Assembly (NCBI GenBank): GCA_963733195.1
Contig: CAVTCR010000073.1
Span: 1-64,000 of the forward strand
Length of the DNA: 64,000 nucleotides
From: an uncultured delta proteobacterium
GTDB lineage: Bacteria > Desulfobacterota > Binatia > Bin18
Direction of reading: 5' to 3'
A model generated the notes under the pieces. It was given only the letters and a program-made list of their open reading frames with translations, did no database searches and had not been told where the DNA came from. Shown in pieces: positions 35,580 to 46,706 of the stretch. The position numbers and the translations under genes were made by a program. Within the stretch, counting starts at the first letter, position 1. Each line of letters begins with the position of its first letter.

Positions 35580-36746
35580 TTATGCCTCGCGAAAAGCAAA
35601 CTGTGGATCCGCCGCCCGAACGTAAGCTTCAGGCAATCCCAGTTCTTTCCGCACGATATTAGTGCCTTGGACTAGAGCAACGCATTTATAAAAGGCAATG
35701 CGACGCGAGAGTCCTTCGCGGCCAAATCCGCAGTCAGCGGTGATGATCAACCGCTCCGGGGGAACGTACTCTAACGCTTTACGAATGAGATCGGCAATCA
35801 TCTGCGGCGGCTCGACCGTAGTCATGGTGTGATTGATGACGCCGATGGCGATCTTTTTGTCCGTCTTGTGATGTTTGAGTAATGGTAAGTCGCGTCCGTG
35901 ATTGCTGGAACATTCCAGTGTGAGTACGTCAGCATTGAGGGCGAGCAGATAGGGAAGGGACCGTTCATAGCTTGGTCGCTCCCAGTAAAAGCTCTGTTGG
36001 TTCGGATTACCCCAACACGTGTGTGCCCAGATTTCGGTGTTGACGCCCTCAATCTCACGGTTGAAGGCTTTGGTGTAGAATTCCAGGTCTTTATCCGTTG
36101 CCGGAGGAGTCGCACAGCATGCGAAATGATGTGGTGGTTCCTCGACTTGAATCAATGGACAACCTGCAGCCGCGAGTTCACGCAGCTCTTCGTTCAGCGC
36201 TGTAGCTAAATCCATCACCAGGTCTTGGTCATTCTTATAATGTTCGTCCCACAGCATTATCGGTAGACAGGTCGCGCTAATCGAGCCGAATTTCACCGGT
36301 CGGTCGGTCATCTTCTGCGCTGTTTTCCATACCGCAGCAAAATGCAGTGGTCCACGTGTGATTTTCCCGGTCACAGCTGGCGGGTGATACGCTTCTTGCA
36401 CTTCGTACAAGATGTGGCCAGGCTTAATATCGGCTAATTCAAGGAAGTGAGAGGAATCCCGAAATCCGCCGATGCCGTTCAAGCGCTCGATAGTATAGAA
36501 AAACCATGAGCGTCCACCAACCTCCAAGTCAAAGCGTGAGTCACCATCGGTGAGAATATCGAGTCCCGCACGTTCCTGTTCGTTGATATAACATGCCACT
36601 GCGTCCATATACTGCTCACGATAGAGTGAATCGCCAAGGGCAACTTTGAACGGACGCCCACGGAGACTTTCGGTAAACCATGATGGACGAGGGAATGAGC
36701 CGACCATTGCTGTTGGTAGTATTTTGTCTTTCGTTGCGACAAACAT
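35580..36746 (-). CDS. Cobalamin-independent methionine synthase II family protein
   Basis: VGSFPRP, HTCWGN and DCGFG zinc-ligand motifs. Confidence 0.9.
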   Translation of the reverse strand: MFVATKDKILPTAMVGSFPRPSWFTESLRGRPFKVALGDSLYREQYMDAVACYINEQERAGLDILTDGDSRFDLEVGGRSWFFYTIERLNGIGGFRDSSHFLELADIKPGHILYEVQEAYHPPAVTGKITRGPLHFAAVWKTAQKMTDRPVKFGSISATCLPIMLWDEHYKNDQDLVMDLATALNEELRELAAAGCPLIQVEEPPHHFACCATPPATDKDLEFYTKAFNREIEGVNTEIWAHTCWGNPNQQSFYWERPSYERSLPYLLALNADVLTLECSSNHGRDLPLLKHHKTDKKIAIGVINHTMTTVEPPQMIADLIRKALEYVPPERLIITADCGFGREGLSRRIAFYKCVALVQGTNIVRKELGLPEAYVRAADPQFAFREA

Positions 36747-36837
36747 CACTTGCCCTCCTTTCGTAGCGTGAAGAATCATACACTAAAGAAGGTAAGAGAC
36801 AGAGAGAGGAGACTTGAGACAGGGATAGAGCAGGAAC

Positions 36838-37020
36838 ACGTGAAGCGTGAAACGTGATAGGTAAAACGTGAGGCGTGAGGTGTGATGGTGAGGCGTGAAA
36901 CGTGATAGGTAAAAAGGAGGTCCCTTGGACTTCGGACTTTGCCTTCTTGTTCCCTATTCATCATTCTGCATTCCGCATTCACCATTTTTTTGACCTTAGA
37001 CTTTGAACCCTGGACTTGGT
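36838..37020. repeat. Intergenic degenerate 7-mer tandem repeats
   Basis: Runs of (A/G)CGTGAA/CGTGAGG, TTCATCA/TTCTGCA and GACTTTG-like units. Confidence 0.7.
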
Positions 37021-37061
37021 AAGAGTTACAAATCAGAACCCTGAAAAATAAGGAGCGCGTT

Positions 37062-37946
37062 ATGCTGCGTGGCGTATTCTCAGCGATGATCACCCCGTTC
37101 GATAAGAACGAGAACATAGACGAGAAAGGCGTTGAGACGTTGATCAACTGGTCAATCAGCAAAGGGATCAACGGCGTCTTCATGGCGGCGAGTACGGGTG
37201 AGTCGTGGGCGTTGAGCTTCGAGGAAAAAGTTCGTCTGTTTCAACTCGCGGTAGCAATAGTGAAGAAGCGAGTATCCGTTATTGCGGGCGTCGGGGTGCC
37301 ATCAACCCGTGAAGCAATTCACCTCGCTGAAGCCGCGCAAGCAGCCGGAGTCGATTACCTGTGTGCCGTGCCGCCGAGTTTCGTCAAACCAACCCAGGAT
37401 GAGATAATTACGCACTACAGCGCGCTTTTACAAGCGACCTCGGTTCCGATGATTCTCTACAATATTCCGATGTTGGTCGGGAACGTGCTTGGAACACCAG
37501 CCGTGAGAATGTTGGCTGAGCGATTTCCCCAGATCGTTGGGATCAAAGAGAGTAGCGGTGATCTTACGTTGCTGAATGATCTGATGTTGCAACGCCGCCC
37601 AGATTTTAGCGTGCTGCCGGGAATTGATACATTAGTACTTCCCGGTTTGTTTGCTGGCAGTCAAGGAGCGATTCTCGGCAGCGCGAATGTCTGTCCGGAA
37701 CTCGCGCTTGAGATTGTGAAATTATTCGATGCCGGGCGTTATCAAGAAGCCTGGGCTGGGCAAAATCGTCTCACCCGGTTCTGGATTGCAACCGGCCTTG
37801 GTTCATTTCCTGCAGCAGTGAAAGCTGGGGTTGAACTGCTTGGCCTTCCGGCGGGACCACCGCGACGACCTGTAGCACCGCTTGCTGCTGACAAGCGTGA
37901 AGCATTGCGACAAGAGTTGCGAGCGATGGGAGTGCGTAGAATGTAG
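37062..37946 (+). CDS. DapA/NanA-family aldolase/lyase
   Basis: STGE, LYNIP and GIKESSGD. Confidence 0.92.
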   Translation: MLRGVFSAMITPFDKNENIDEKGVETLINWSISKGINGVFMAASTGESWALSFEEKVRLFQLAVAIVKKRVSVIAGVGVPSTREAIHLAEAAQAAGVDYLCAVPPSFVKPTQDEIITHYSALLQATSVPMILYNIPMLVGNVLGTPAVRMLAERFPQIVGIKESSGDLTLLNDLMLQRRPDFSVLPGIDTLVLPGLFAGSQGAILGSANVCPELALEIVKLFDAGRYQEAWAGQNRLTRFWIATGLGSFPAAVKAGVELLGLPAGPPRRPVAPLAADKREALRQELRAMGVRRM

Positions 37947-38087
37947 TGCTGAATACGTGAATTGAGAGAGGGCAGAGTGTCAGTGTACGAAAGAGAGCGT
38001 TCCATTCGGACATCGCTTGCGCGATTCATGGTTACTGATAACTGTCCACTCGTTTGCCTGCTTGCGATAAGCGGAGTGCGTTAGCTG

Positions 38088-38462
38088 ATGGGTATGACAA
38101 ACAAAAAAGCCGACCCATACGTCAACCTCGGAGAATTTATTCGCCGTCAGCGGGAGTTAGCGCAACTGTCTATTCGCCAACTGGCAGACATATGTGGGAT
38201 CTCGAATCCGTATCTCAGCCAGATTGAGCGCGGGCTACGCACGCCGAGCAGTATGATTCTGCAATCGATCTCCAAAGGGCTCCGCCTCTCTGCTGAAACA
38301 CTGTACGCCCAAGCCGGGATTCTCGATCCCGAAGAGGTTGAAGAGAGCGATGTGATCAAATCGGTCATGCGCGATCCCTACCTGTCTGCGCGCCAGCGTG
38401 AGATGATGATCGATATGTATCGCTCGTTCCGCAAGGTCAATGAAACGACTGAACCCTCCTAA
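38088..38462 (+). CDS. XRE-family HTH regulator (Rv0474-like)
   Basis: LGEFIRRQRE..SIRQLA..GISNPYLSQIERGLR.PS. Confidence 0.9.
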   Translation: MGMTNKKADPYVNLGEFIRRQRELAQLSIRQLADICGISNPYLSQIERGLRTPSSMILQSISKGLRLSAETLYAQAGILDPEEVEESDVIKSVMRDPYLSARQREMMIDMYRSFRKVNETTEPS

Positions 38463-38594
38463 TTCTGCCGAATTGGTCACCTGGGTGACAGAAATTGTCG
38501 GTTTGAATGCTTGCAAAAGTTAGCGTTGTGAGTTAGCATACTCTTCTGACGGTAGCGACTATCAGCTATCGAAAAATCAGAGGAGGACGAATCT

Positions 38595-38924
38595 ATGACA
38601 GCAAGCACCAAAATCAACAATCCGTTCGAGAAACTGTTCGACAACGCTGCAAATAACCCGTTTATTAAGTTGCTAAGCGAAGTGAACGCTCCGCTGTGCA
38701 GTTCGTGGAAAGAAACTGCAGCACAGTACCTTAATGCCAGCGAAGAGTGGGCTGAGAAAGCGTTGGAGTGGAACACTAAGGCCACTGCCTGGGCCAAAGA
38801 GACCCCGCTCGCCTCGGTGTTTGAGACACAGCGTAACCTGACCTCGCAAGCGGTGGAAAACTCGCTGACCCTGGCACGCCGCTTCTGGAAGATTGATGAG
38901 AAAAGTGAAAAGAAGGCTGCGTAG
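38595..38924 (+). CDS. Small helical protein, possible phasin
   Basis: 109 aa, amphipathic helical pattern, good RBS, near phaC. Confidence 0.5.
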   Translation: MTASTKINNPFEKLFDNAANNPFIKLLSEVNAPLCSSWKETAAQYLNASEEWAEKALEWNTKATAWAKETPLASVFETQRNLTSQAVENSLTLARRFWKIDEKSEKKAA

Positions 38925-39128
38925 TTGAAGAAAGACTACGGGAGTCAGCATTTCTAGCACGCCTTGCTTGTCTCCCGTACTACCGCAGAAGCATTTCCGC
39001 TCACCCTGAGCATAGCCGCTGTGGTGGCGAAGGCGAAGATCTCAAACCGAGCACTAACGGTGCTGTCGGTTGTACTGCACGCGTGAGAGTGCCCTGTTTC
39101 CCCCTGGCTTCTGAATGGCGGTTCTCCC

Positions 39129-39833
39129 TTATAGCTTGATTCCTACTATTTCTTGTAATCGCTCTGTAACGACAATGAGCCGACGGCCATCGCGGAGGAT
39201 AGCCTCTTGCCGTTCGAGATCCTTCAAGTGCTCCGTCACTTTTTGTCGAGAGGCCCCCACCAAGTTGGCAAGATCTTCATGGGTCAGTTGAAGGATTACG
39301 ATGGTTCCCCGTGCATCTTGGACGCCAAACTTGCGAGCTAACTCCAGCAGGGCGAATGCCAATCGTTGCGGAAGGTTGAGACCCTGAAAGTGAGTGTAGC
39401 GATAGAGGAGGTCCTCCCACCGACTGACCGTGCTGCCCATCAAGGCGCTGAAATCGCTAAACGAGATCCCGAGAAGCGTGCTCACAAACTTATCGGTAGG
39501 TATTGTTGCTATCCAACACTCGCTGAACGCTTGACATTGGAATCCACGAGTCATTCCAGACATGAGTGACGAGATTCCGAAAAACTCGCCCGGCGCGATC
39601 AGACTGACAAGCACTTCTTCTCCGCCCCCGCTTGGCCGCGAGAGTTTTGCTGCTCCTGCAATTAAGAGATACAGAGATTTTGAGGCTTCACCTTCACTGA
39701 ACAGCAACATCTGACGTTCAACATGCTGAAGGGAGAAGTAGGGGAGTAATTGTTCGAGCTGGTGATCGGTGGCCCAAGGGAGCGCTTTCAAACGGCGGAG
39801 GGTCGTGACGTTTAAAACCGGAGTACGAGCCAT
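39129..39833 (-). CDS. Crp/Fnr family regulator
   Basis: GEFFG cNMP-binding region and LTHEDLANLVGASRQKVT HTH. Confidence 0.92.
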   Translation of the reverse strand: MARTPVLNVTTLRRLKALPWATDHQLEQLLPYFSLQHVERQMLLFSEGEASKSLYLLIAGAAKLSRPSGGGEEVLVSLIAPGEFFGISSLMSGMTRGFQCQAFSECWIATIPTDKFVSTLLGISFSDFSALMGSTVSRWEDLLYRYTHFQGLNLPQRLAFALLELARKFGVQDARGTIVILQLTHEDLANLVGASRQKVTEHLKDLERQEAILRDGRRLIVVTERLQEIVGIKL

Positions 39834-40048
39834 ACGCTGTGCAATTCGTTAACCAGTGTCTGGTTCTTTTGTCACGAAGATGGCAACAATGCAAATGTTT
39901 GTCCAGTAACCAAGAGATTAGTTCTGTTGTCGGGCTTCGGCAAGAGCAAACGTAGACCTGGCTTTGCTTTCATTGTAAAATCCCTCGCCGTAAGCCGGAT
40001 TATCTTGTGATGCGTGGTTTAGACAACACAACTAAATGGAGGATTGGC

Positions 40049-40483
40049 ATGTTTAAGGTGAGGTCTGCTTTCCCATTACTATGGACGATAGTTTTGAGTT
40101 GTGCCCTGACGTGGGGCTGTGGCAAGGACGCGACGATCGAAGCGAAAGAGAAACAGGCTATTCAACTGGTCCAAGCTTCCAAAGTCTCTACCGATGCTTT
40201 CAGTGTCATCTCGAATATCCAGAAGAAAACCGACGAAGACAATCGAGCAGGAAACAAATGGGAGAGCGACAAATGGGAGGCTGGCCTTCCTTCACAGAAA
40301 GACCTGATGATGGAGAAGCTCAGTCAATACTTCAATGTGTTCCGACCCTCTGGCGATTACTGGGTGAAGTTTGCCTATAAAGATAAAGACGGCATGCACG
40401 AAGGGATGTGGGATGTGAACATCTACTCCAAGAAAGTCACGCCTAAAAATGAGCTTGCGCAGCAGTTGGCGAAGGGATCGTAA
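40049..40483 (+). CDS. Hypothetical lipoprotein
   Basis: Signal peptide ending LTWG-C. Confidence 0.65.
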   Translation: MFKVRSAFPLLWTIVLSCALTWGCGKDATIEAKEKQAIQLVQASKVSTDAFSVISNIQKKTDEDNRAGNKWESDKWEAGLPSQKDLMMEKLSQYFNVFRPSGDYWVKFAYKDKDGMHEGMWDVNIYSKKVTPKNELAQQLAKGS

Positions 40484-40708
40484 GTTGCTCGTTTCCCCAT
40501 GCGAGATGAAATACGGAGCAGAGCAATGTTCTGTTCCGTTTCCTCCGGCGTTACCCCTTGACGGTCATCGATCTACCGCAGTGATGAAGGATATCCTGTT
40601 CTCCACAGGTTGGTCCCATCCAACATACCAGTTTTTCTTTGTTGTCAACCTTGTCTTTATGCATCGGCTGACCGCAGTGGAACGGCATGGGAAGTTTTTG
40701 TCCGCACT

Positions 40709-41548
40709 TCATACAATAGGGGGATGCCATGCGTCTTCCCCTGAGCGACGGTTCGGGCGTCGACTTGATTTTTTTACTTCTGGGGCAGGTACGGCAAGAA
40801 GGTCCGCGAGGATACGATACACTGCAGGATTCACAATCAAGCTAACGTGTCGCCCAGAAACCTCGAGGTTTGCGCCTTGTGGGTCAATGCAGGCCCGCCA
40901 ATCGATAACTTCGTCCTGCTTAGTGAAAATTGACGTGAACTTCCGTCCTGTAGGGAGCGCAGCCGAAACTGTCCGAGCAAACTGACAGCTACACTGCTGA
41001 CTACCACAGGTTGGGGGTGTTGCTTTACGCCGCATACGAACGCTTTGCAAAACGCGAAAAGTGGACAGGACAAACGGATTCACTCGTAGTGTTCCATCGA
41101 TGGGTGAGCCGATGGCAACAGCCTGACTCACATGCTCAGGAAAATTAACGCTGAGGGAGCGCGCGAGCATGCCACCTAAACTGTGGCCGATGACGGTGAT
41201 TGGGTGCTCGGTTTCTTGCGCGATCTGATCGAGGCGCCACCCCAATAGCTCTGAGGTAAGGTTTGGACAATCGACATTCCAGTTGATGCCTGAAAAGTAC
41301 GCGCGATAGCCAAGACGATTCAACCATCCGGCCATGAGCGTCATCATCCAGTCACCAGTAAAAAAGCCTGGAATAAGCAGGACGGGTTGCCCGTTCCCGC
41401 GTTGCACCTGTCTCCCATGATACACCGGACTACACAGGAGGGTACTAAGTTGGCAGAGATAATCTGGATATGCCGTCGTGAGTCTGAGGAACATCAGGGT
41501 TGCCCTTTCTACCGAGGAGGGTTGATGATGATACGGTAAGTCCCGCAC
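40709..41548 (-). CDS. Lipase/esterase-like alpha/beta hydrolase
   Basis: VLLIPGF and GHSLGG lipase box. Confidence 0.85.
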   Translation of the reverse strand: MRDLPYHHQPSSVERATLMFLRLTTAYPDYLCQLSTLLCSPVYHGRQVQRGNGQPVLLIPGFFTGDWMMTLMAGWLNRLGYRAYFSGINWNVDCPNLTSELLGWRLDQIAQETEHPITVIGHSLGGMLARSLSVNFPEHVSQAVAIGSPIDGTLRVNPFVLSTFRVLQSVRMRRKATPPTCGSQQCSCQFARTVSAALPTGRKFTSIFTKQDEVIDWRACIDPQGANLEVSGRHVSLIVNPAVYRILADLLAVPAPEVKKSSRRPNRRSGEDAWHPPIV

Positions 41549-41766
41549 CTAGGAGGAAAAACGAAAGGGGGAACGAAAAGTTGCAGCTGGGCCTGCTCGA
41601 AGATGGCGTTACTGCAGTGTTGGGGAAGGGACTCGCTTCCAACCTGTTGCTGTGTCATAACCTCTGCCTTAATAGAGAGAACCTCTCTATTCTCAAACTA
41701 ACAAATTTTCCTCTGCTAGCAATAGGCGGTAACTTTTGCAAGCGGGGTACGTAAGGAAGGAGCAGT

Positions 41767-42423
41767 ATGATGATTACTGTATACGGCGCGAATATCTCTC
41801 CCTTTGTCAGAAAGGTCCGCGTGTTTCTAGCGGAGAAGGGCATTACTTATAAACTGGAGCCGGTGAACCCTTTCGCCGCAGGCCCGGAGTACAAGAAGAT
41901 CAGCCCGCTGGGCAGGATCCCTGCATTTCAAGACGGCAACGTCACGTTGGCGGATTCCTCCGTCATCTGTGCGTACGTTGAGAAGACCAATCCGCAGCCG
42001 GCATTAATTCCGACTGCGCCTGCCGACTACGCGCAAGCACTGTGGTTTGAAGAGTACGGTGACGGTGGACTTGCACCTATATTTGGTGCAGAGATTTTTC
42101 GTCAGCGCGTGGTGATGCCGTTGTTCTTCAAACAACAGGGGGATGAAGCGGCTGCGCAAAAGGCTATTGCTGAGAAGCTGCCACCCTTGTTTGACTATCT
42201 CGAAGGCTCATTGGGTGATCGGACGACGTTGGTTGGTAATAGTTTCACTTTAGGTGATATTGGTGTAGCAACGCAGTTCGTCAATCTACGTCATGCTGGA
42301 GTGACTGTTGATGCACAACGATGGCCGAAACTCGCGCGCTATATCGCGGCGATCCACGGTCGTCCCTCGTTCAAAGCAGTTATTGAAGAGGAAGAGGCCG
42401 GACTGAAGAAGGCGAGGGGATAA
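41767..42423 (+). CDS. Glutathione S-transferase
   Basis: SPFVRKV, SPLGRIP and DSSVIC. Confidence 0.93.
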   Translation: MMITVYGANISPFVRKVRVFLAEKGITYKLEPVNPFAAGPEYKKISPLGRIPAFQDGNVTLADSSVICAYVEKTNPQPALIPTAPADYAQALWFEEYGDGGLAPIFGAEIFRQRVVMPLFFKQQGDEAAAQKAIAEKLPPLFDYLEGSLGDRTTLVGNSFTLGDIGVATQFVNLRHAGVTVDAQRWPKLARYIAAIHGRPSFKAVIEEEEAGLKKARG

Positions 42424-42547
42424 CAGAGCTTCCGGGGACGATGGTTATTCTCTCCCTCACCCGCATCCACTGACGCATCTGCTGCCTTCTCCCTTAGGGA
42501 GAGGACAGGGTGAGGGCGTCGATATTCTGGAAACTATGGGAAATGGA

Positions 42548-43702
42548 TCACCAACTGCCCTCTATTGCAATACCGCGCTTTCGGCGATTGTAGTCACTGT
42601 TACCGGCACAGTCGCGTCGGCGAGGCATTTGTCGGTCGCGTTCCTTAAGCCACGTAGCGACCTGCGGCCAGAGCTTCTTGTGCGCACTGCTACTAACGAT
42701 CACGCCAAGGTGACCCGCAGGGAAAACCAGCGATTGCTTGTCATGGCTGCCGGTTGCATCAGTAAGAGGGAGGCTTGCGTGCGGGTGAACCACGTCATCG
42801 TATTCGCCGATCACGTTGAGCACCGGGCAGCGGATGTTTTTTACATCGACGAGGCGGCCACCCACTTTGAATTGACCTTGGGCGAGTAGATTCTTCTGAA
42901 AGACTTCCTTAGCCAACTCGCGAAAGATCTGTCCAGCGAGCGGTACGTCACTGTTCATCCAGCGCTCGAAGAGTGCAAATGTTTCTGCATAGCCTGTGCG
43001 ATCTTTATTCCGATACAATCCAACATGCTTGTTCAGGAAGTGGTGAACCGGTGACATTGACGTGAAGTTGAGCTTCATCATCCATGCTGGACAATTCCCG
43101 AAGGCGTTCACCACGAGTTCTGGATCGACCTGCGCGGTGAAATGCGAGAGCGGGATGTCTTGCTTGCTCATGTCGAATGGCACTGTCAGCGCGATGAAGT
43201 TCTTAACGGTCTCCGGATGCAAAGCCGCATAGAGGGTACTGAGCAGTCCGCCGAAGCAATAGCCCAGCAACGAAACTTTTTTCGCTCTACTATGAGCCTG
43301 TACCGCATGCATGGTATTGAGAAGGTCGTGGTTGACATAGGCGTCAAAGCCACGCCAGGAATCAGCTCGTGTCGGGGGCAGCCAATCGACTAAATAGACC
43401 TCGAACCCCTGCTTTGTCAGTGTTTCGACTAAACTTGAGCCGGATTGCAAATCAAGAATGTAGGGTCGTTTAATCAGGGCATAGACAATGAGTAGCGGCG
43501 TCGCTTGCGGCGTCCCGACCGCGCGATAGTAACGCAGCCGCGCTTTCCCGTTTTCTGCGATGACTTCATACGGTGTGACACCAGGTGGGTCTTCTTGCAC
43601 GGGATAGGGTTCAAGCATGCCGCGACGTAAGCCGTCGAGGACAAGGGTTGAGCTATTAAGCCATGAAGTGGAAACCTCTTGGAAAAGATCCAACATATAC
43701 AT
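42548..43702 (-). CDS. phaC: Class III PHA synthase PhaC
   Basis: VYALIKRPYILDLQ, GYCFGG (catalytic Cys), DDVV and GHLG. Confidence 0.88.
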   Translation of the reverse strand: MYMLDLFQEVSTSWLNSSTLVLDGLRRGMLEPYPVQEDPPGVTPYEVIAENGKARLRYYRAVGTPQATPLLIVYALIKRPYILDLQSGSSLVETLTKQGFEVYLVDWLPPTRADSWRGFDAYVNHDLLNTMHAVQAHSRAKKVSLLGYCFGGLLSTLYAALHPETVKNFIALTVPFDMSKQDIPLSHFTAQVDPELVVNAFGNCPAWMMKLNFTSMSPVHHFLNKHVGLYRNKDRTGYAETFALFERWMNSDVPLAGQIFRELAKEVFQKNLLAQGQFKVGGRLVDVKNIRCPVLNVIGEYDDVVHPHASLPLTDATGSHDKQSLVFPAGHLGVIVSSSAHKKLWPQVATWLKERDRQMPRRRDCAGNSDYNRRKRGIAIEGSW

Positions 43703-43881
43703 AACTCCTAACCGAAAAGGGGGTGTGAAGGGGCGACTCGTCTCTATGGGACGATGCCGCCAACACCTGTCTGTCCTAGTTCTAGATTTGGTAACGAGTT
43801 GACTTTATCTGTTTTCCACGGGTGCGCAGGTGGCTGTGGAGATGCAGATGTTCGCTTGGAACAGATCAACAGAGAAGACCG

Positions 43882-44415
43882 CTAGGCAGCGATCTGCAGG
43901 CCATCTTCTTGATGATGAAGCGGAGATGTGGGTGTCTGTGCAGGTTCCTGGGTGCGGGTTCTTCGTTTCCGAGAACGGCGGAGCGCTGGTGCTTGCGTTC
44001 GTACTGGCATTGTCTTGCTGAGGCGAGTATCCAGCGCTTGTACCGGTGCTGCCAGTGTTTGTGCATCCGAAGTCGCGGGCAGCGCGAGGGGTCTCCACAG
44101 GCTGGTCGCGAAAAAGCTACTTGCGGCGTTACTTAGCTGTTGGACACGTAGCATCTGGTTGACCGTATTTCCGACAATCTCACTAAGGGATTGCGAGCGA
44201 TACAACGAATCAATTGTGGACGTTGCCAAGCGGACTCCAGCATCGTACCCTTTCCAGACTGCGATCGTTGACTCTTTATCGTTTGCCGACCCGAAGGCCC
44301 AGCGCATGCTGACCAGTGGTAAATCAAACGTGAGCGTTTTATACACTTGTAACAGGTCTTCAGACCTCTGACTCATCCCTTTTTCCTCCAACCGTGTTGT
44401 TGTTTCTTTTGTCAT
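43882..44415 (-). CDS. Divergent PhaE-like protein
   Basis: Directly upstream of phaC; LALPATSD..L...VQALDTRL resembles the PhaE C-terminal motif. Confidence 0.5.
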   Translation of the reverse strand: MTKETTTRLEEKGMSQRSEDLLQVYKTLTFDLPLVSMRWAFGSANDKESTIAVWKGYDAGVRLATSTIDSLYRSQSLSEIVGNTVNQMLRVQQLSNAASSFFATSLWRPLALPATSDAQTLAAPVQALDTRLSKTMPVRTQAPALRRSRKRRTRTQEPAQTPTSPLHHQEDGLQIAA

Positions 44416-44875
44416 TGTTCACCTCCTTGTACGCTAAAGCAGCCGCCTGGAGGACACAAGCGAAACTGCGTGTTTTGCTGTCACCTACGTGACGAAAGGA
44501 TCGCTTTTATCCACAATATCTGTGGTTTTTGTCCTCTTGGTGACAAGGCTGTGAAATCTTACTTACAGTCGGTAGAGCAAGAGTGGGACCAGGTAACGAA
44601 GCCTGCCCTGCTTTTGACCAAAGTCATTGTTTCTTCAGCTCTTAGACGTTCTGAAGGAAAAGGCAGAGTCTTAATGCTGCTGCCTAGGGAGCAATCGATG
44701 CTTTATTTTGCAGCAGTTTGAAGGATAGGACTCAATCCCTGGTCAGCACGTTGTCATCTTGCTCGCAGATGAGGAATTTTTCCCCGTCTACAGTGTCGGT
44801 TTTCTTATGCGAGCAATTTTGCCCCTACCCATGTGGTACTGTTCCGCGTACAATCCGCGACCAAAGGAGGGGGAA

Positions 44876-46186
44876 ATGGAGACACGGACACGCTGGACCA
44901 TCTTATGGTTCCTGGTGTTGATCAGTGTGGTGCGCAGTATGGACGCGGTCAACTTCTCGGTCGCGGCCAAGCAGATCATGCCTGAGTACGGTTTCACCAA
45001 TGTACAGATGGGGATGTTGTACACCGTATTCACTGCTGGATATGCCCTGTTCCATATTCCTGGAGGTTGGTTGGCGGACACGGTCGGACCCCGTCGCATT
45101 TTGACGCTCGCGATTCTCTGGTGGTCGGTCTTTACTGCGCTTACCGCTGTCGCTGGAGAATGGTGGCTTGCTAGTATCTTTGGTCCGCTGACCTCATTTA
45201 TGATCATCCGCTTTCTCATCGGTATGGGCGAAGGCGCGGCCTATCCGAATTCCAATCGCACGGTTGCCAGTTGGATGGCCCCAAATGAACGGGCGAGAGC
45301 CGCAGGGTTGGTGTTGGCTGGTGTTGGGGTTGGTTACGGCTTAGCTCCGCCAGTGGTGTCGTGGATTATGTTATCCTACGGCTGGCGTGTAGCCTTTTAC
45401 GTTTTTGGCTTAGTGGGGCTCGTTCTTGCGGTGATGTGGTATCGCTTCGCTACTGATCGCCCAGAGGACCATCCCCGTGTATCTGCGACAGAACTCGCGC
45501 TCATCCGCAGCGGTGGCGAACGAACAGATCGAGTGCCGACGCCATGGCGCGCAATCTTAACCCACCCTAACGTGTGGCTATTAATGCTTGCCAATTTTGG
45601 TTTTGGCTATGGCATCTACATTTTCCAGTCCTGGTTCTATTTGTATTTGGTCGATGTGCGTAAATTTTCCATCATGCAAGGAGGAATACTTACTACAGGG
45701 CCCTTTATTGCAGTGTCACTGTTAGGACCGATTGGTGGGGTGTGTTCGGATGCGCTGGTGAAACGCTATGGTCTTACGATAGGGCGTCGCGCGATTGCGA
45801 TGAGCGGGTTTCTGCTTGCTGCTTTTTGTATGTATGCGGGAGCCCAGGCGGAGAATGCGTATACTGCTGTTGTCTTGCTTTCGTTGGGAGATGGTTTCTT
45901 ATACTTCGGTGCGGCCGCTATTGTTGGGACGAACATCGACATCGCTGGCCCACATTCGGGGACGGTGTATGGATTGACCGCGACACCCTTGCAGATTGGT
46001 GGAGCGATTGCGCCGACGCTGACGCCGATCATCGCCAACCGTTTTGGTTGGGAGGCGGCACTCCAGTTTGCCGCACTTTTGGCGGTATTTTCTGCGTTCC
46101 TGTGGTTGTTTATTGATGCAGCAAATAAGATTGTCCCGCTCGAAGAGCAGCAGCTCAAAGCAGAACCGCTGCCAGTGGCACGATAA
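44876..46186 (+). CDS. MFS transporter (ACS family-like)
   Basis: GGWLADTVGPRR and RFLIGMGEG; about 12 hydrophobic segments. Confidence 0.93.
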   Translation: METRTRWTILWFLVLISVVRSMDAVNFSVAAKQIMPEYGFTNVQMGMLYTVFTAGYALFHIPGGWLADTVGPRRILTLAILWWSVFTALTAVAGEWWLASIFGPLTSFMIIRFLIGMGEGAAYPNSNRTVASWMAPNERARAAGLVLAGVGVGYGLAPPVVSWIMLSYGWRVAFYVFGLVGLVLAVMWYRFATDRPEDHPRVSATELALIRSGGERTDRVPTPWRAILTHPNVWLLMLANFGFGYGIYIFQSWFYLYLVDVRKFSIMQGGILTTGPFIAVSLLGPIGGVCSDALVKRYGLTIGRRAIAMSGFLLAAFCMYAGAQAENAYTAVVLLSLGDGFLYFGAAAIVGTNIDIAGPHSGTVYGLTATPLQIGGAIAPTLTPIIANRFGWEAALQFAALLAVFSAFLWLFIDAANKIVPLEEQQLKAEPLPVAR

Positions 46187-46230
46187 AACGACGAACCGGA
46201 GAATCGGGAAACGGAGAAAGGAGCACAGGT

Positions 46231-46686
46231 ATGAAGCTGGAAGAAATGGTGCAGGAGCTATGGGATCGGGAGAAAATCAAAGAATTGACCTATCAGTATG
46301 GCCTGGCAATCGAGGCACAAGATGTTGAGCGGATGGCGAATCTCTTTACCGAGGATGGCTCGGTCGATTTTAGCTCACTTGGTCGAGGGGTGATCAAAGG
46401 ACATTCGAATCTCAAAGAGTTCTACCGTGGGACGTGGCCGCTCAAAGTGAAACCGTTCTTTACCAATCATGTGATTCAGATTAACGGCAATCGAGCGACC
46501 GGCATTTGCTCACTCGAAAACCGTGCCACCCGTGGAGAGGAAAGTCTCATTGGTGCGGGACGGTTACACGACGAATACGAGAAAATTAACGGCGAGTGGA
46601 AATTCAAATCGCGCCGCGTTGAAATGTTTTACTTCGTGCCCCTGTCCGAAGGCTGGGGCAAAGCTGCGGGGCCGGGGAAGTTGTAA
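46231..46686 (+). CDS. SnoaL/NTF2-like protein
   Basis: DREKIKEL..Y..LFTEDG...DEYEKINGEWKFKSR. Confidence 0.85.
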   Translation: MKLEEMVQELWDREKIKELTYQYGLAIEAQDVERMANLFTEDGSVDFSSLGRGVIKGHSNLKEFYRGTWPLKVKPFFTNHVIQINGNRATGICSLENRATRGEESLIGAGRLHDEYEKINGEWKFKSRRVEMFYFVPLSEGWGKAAGPGKL

Positions 46687-46706
46687 GAATAGAAGAGAAC
46701 CAAGAT

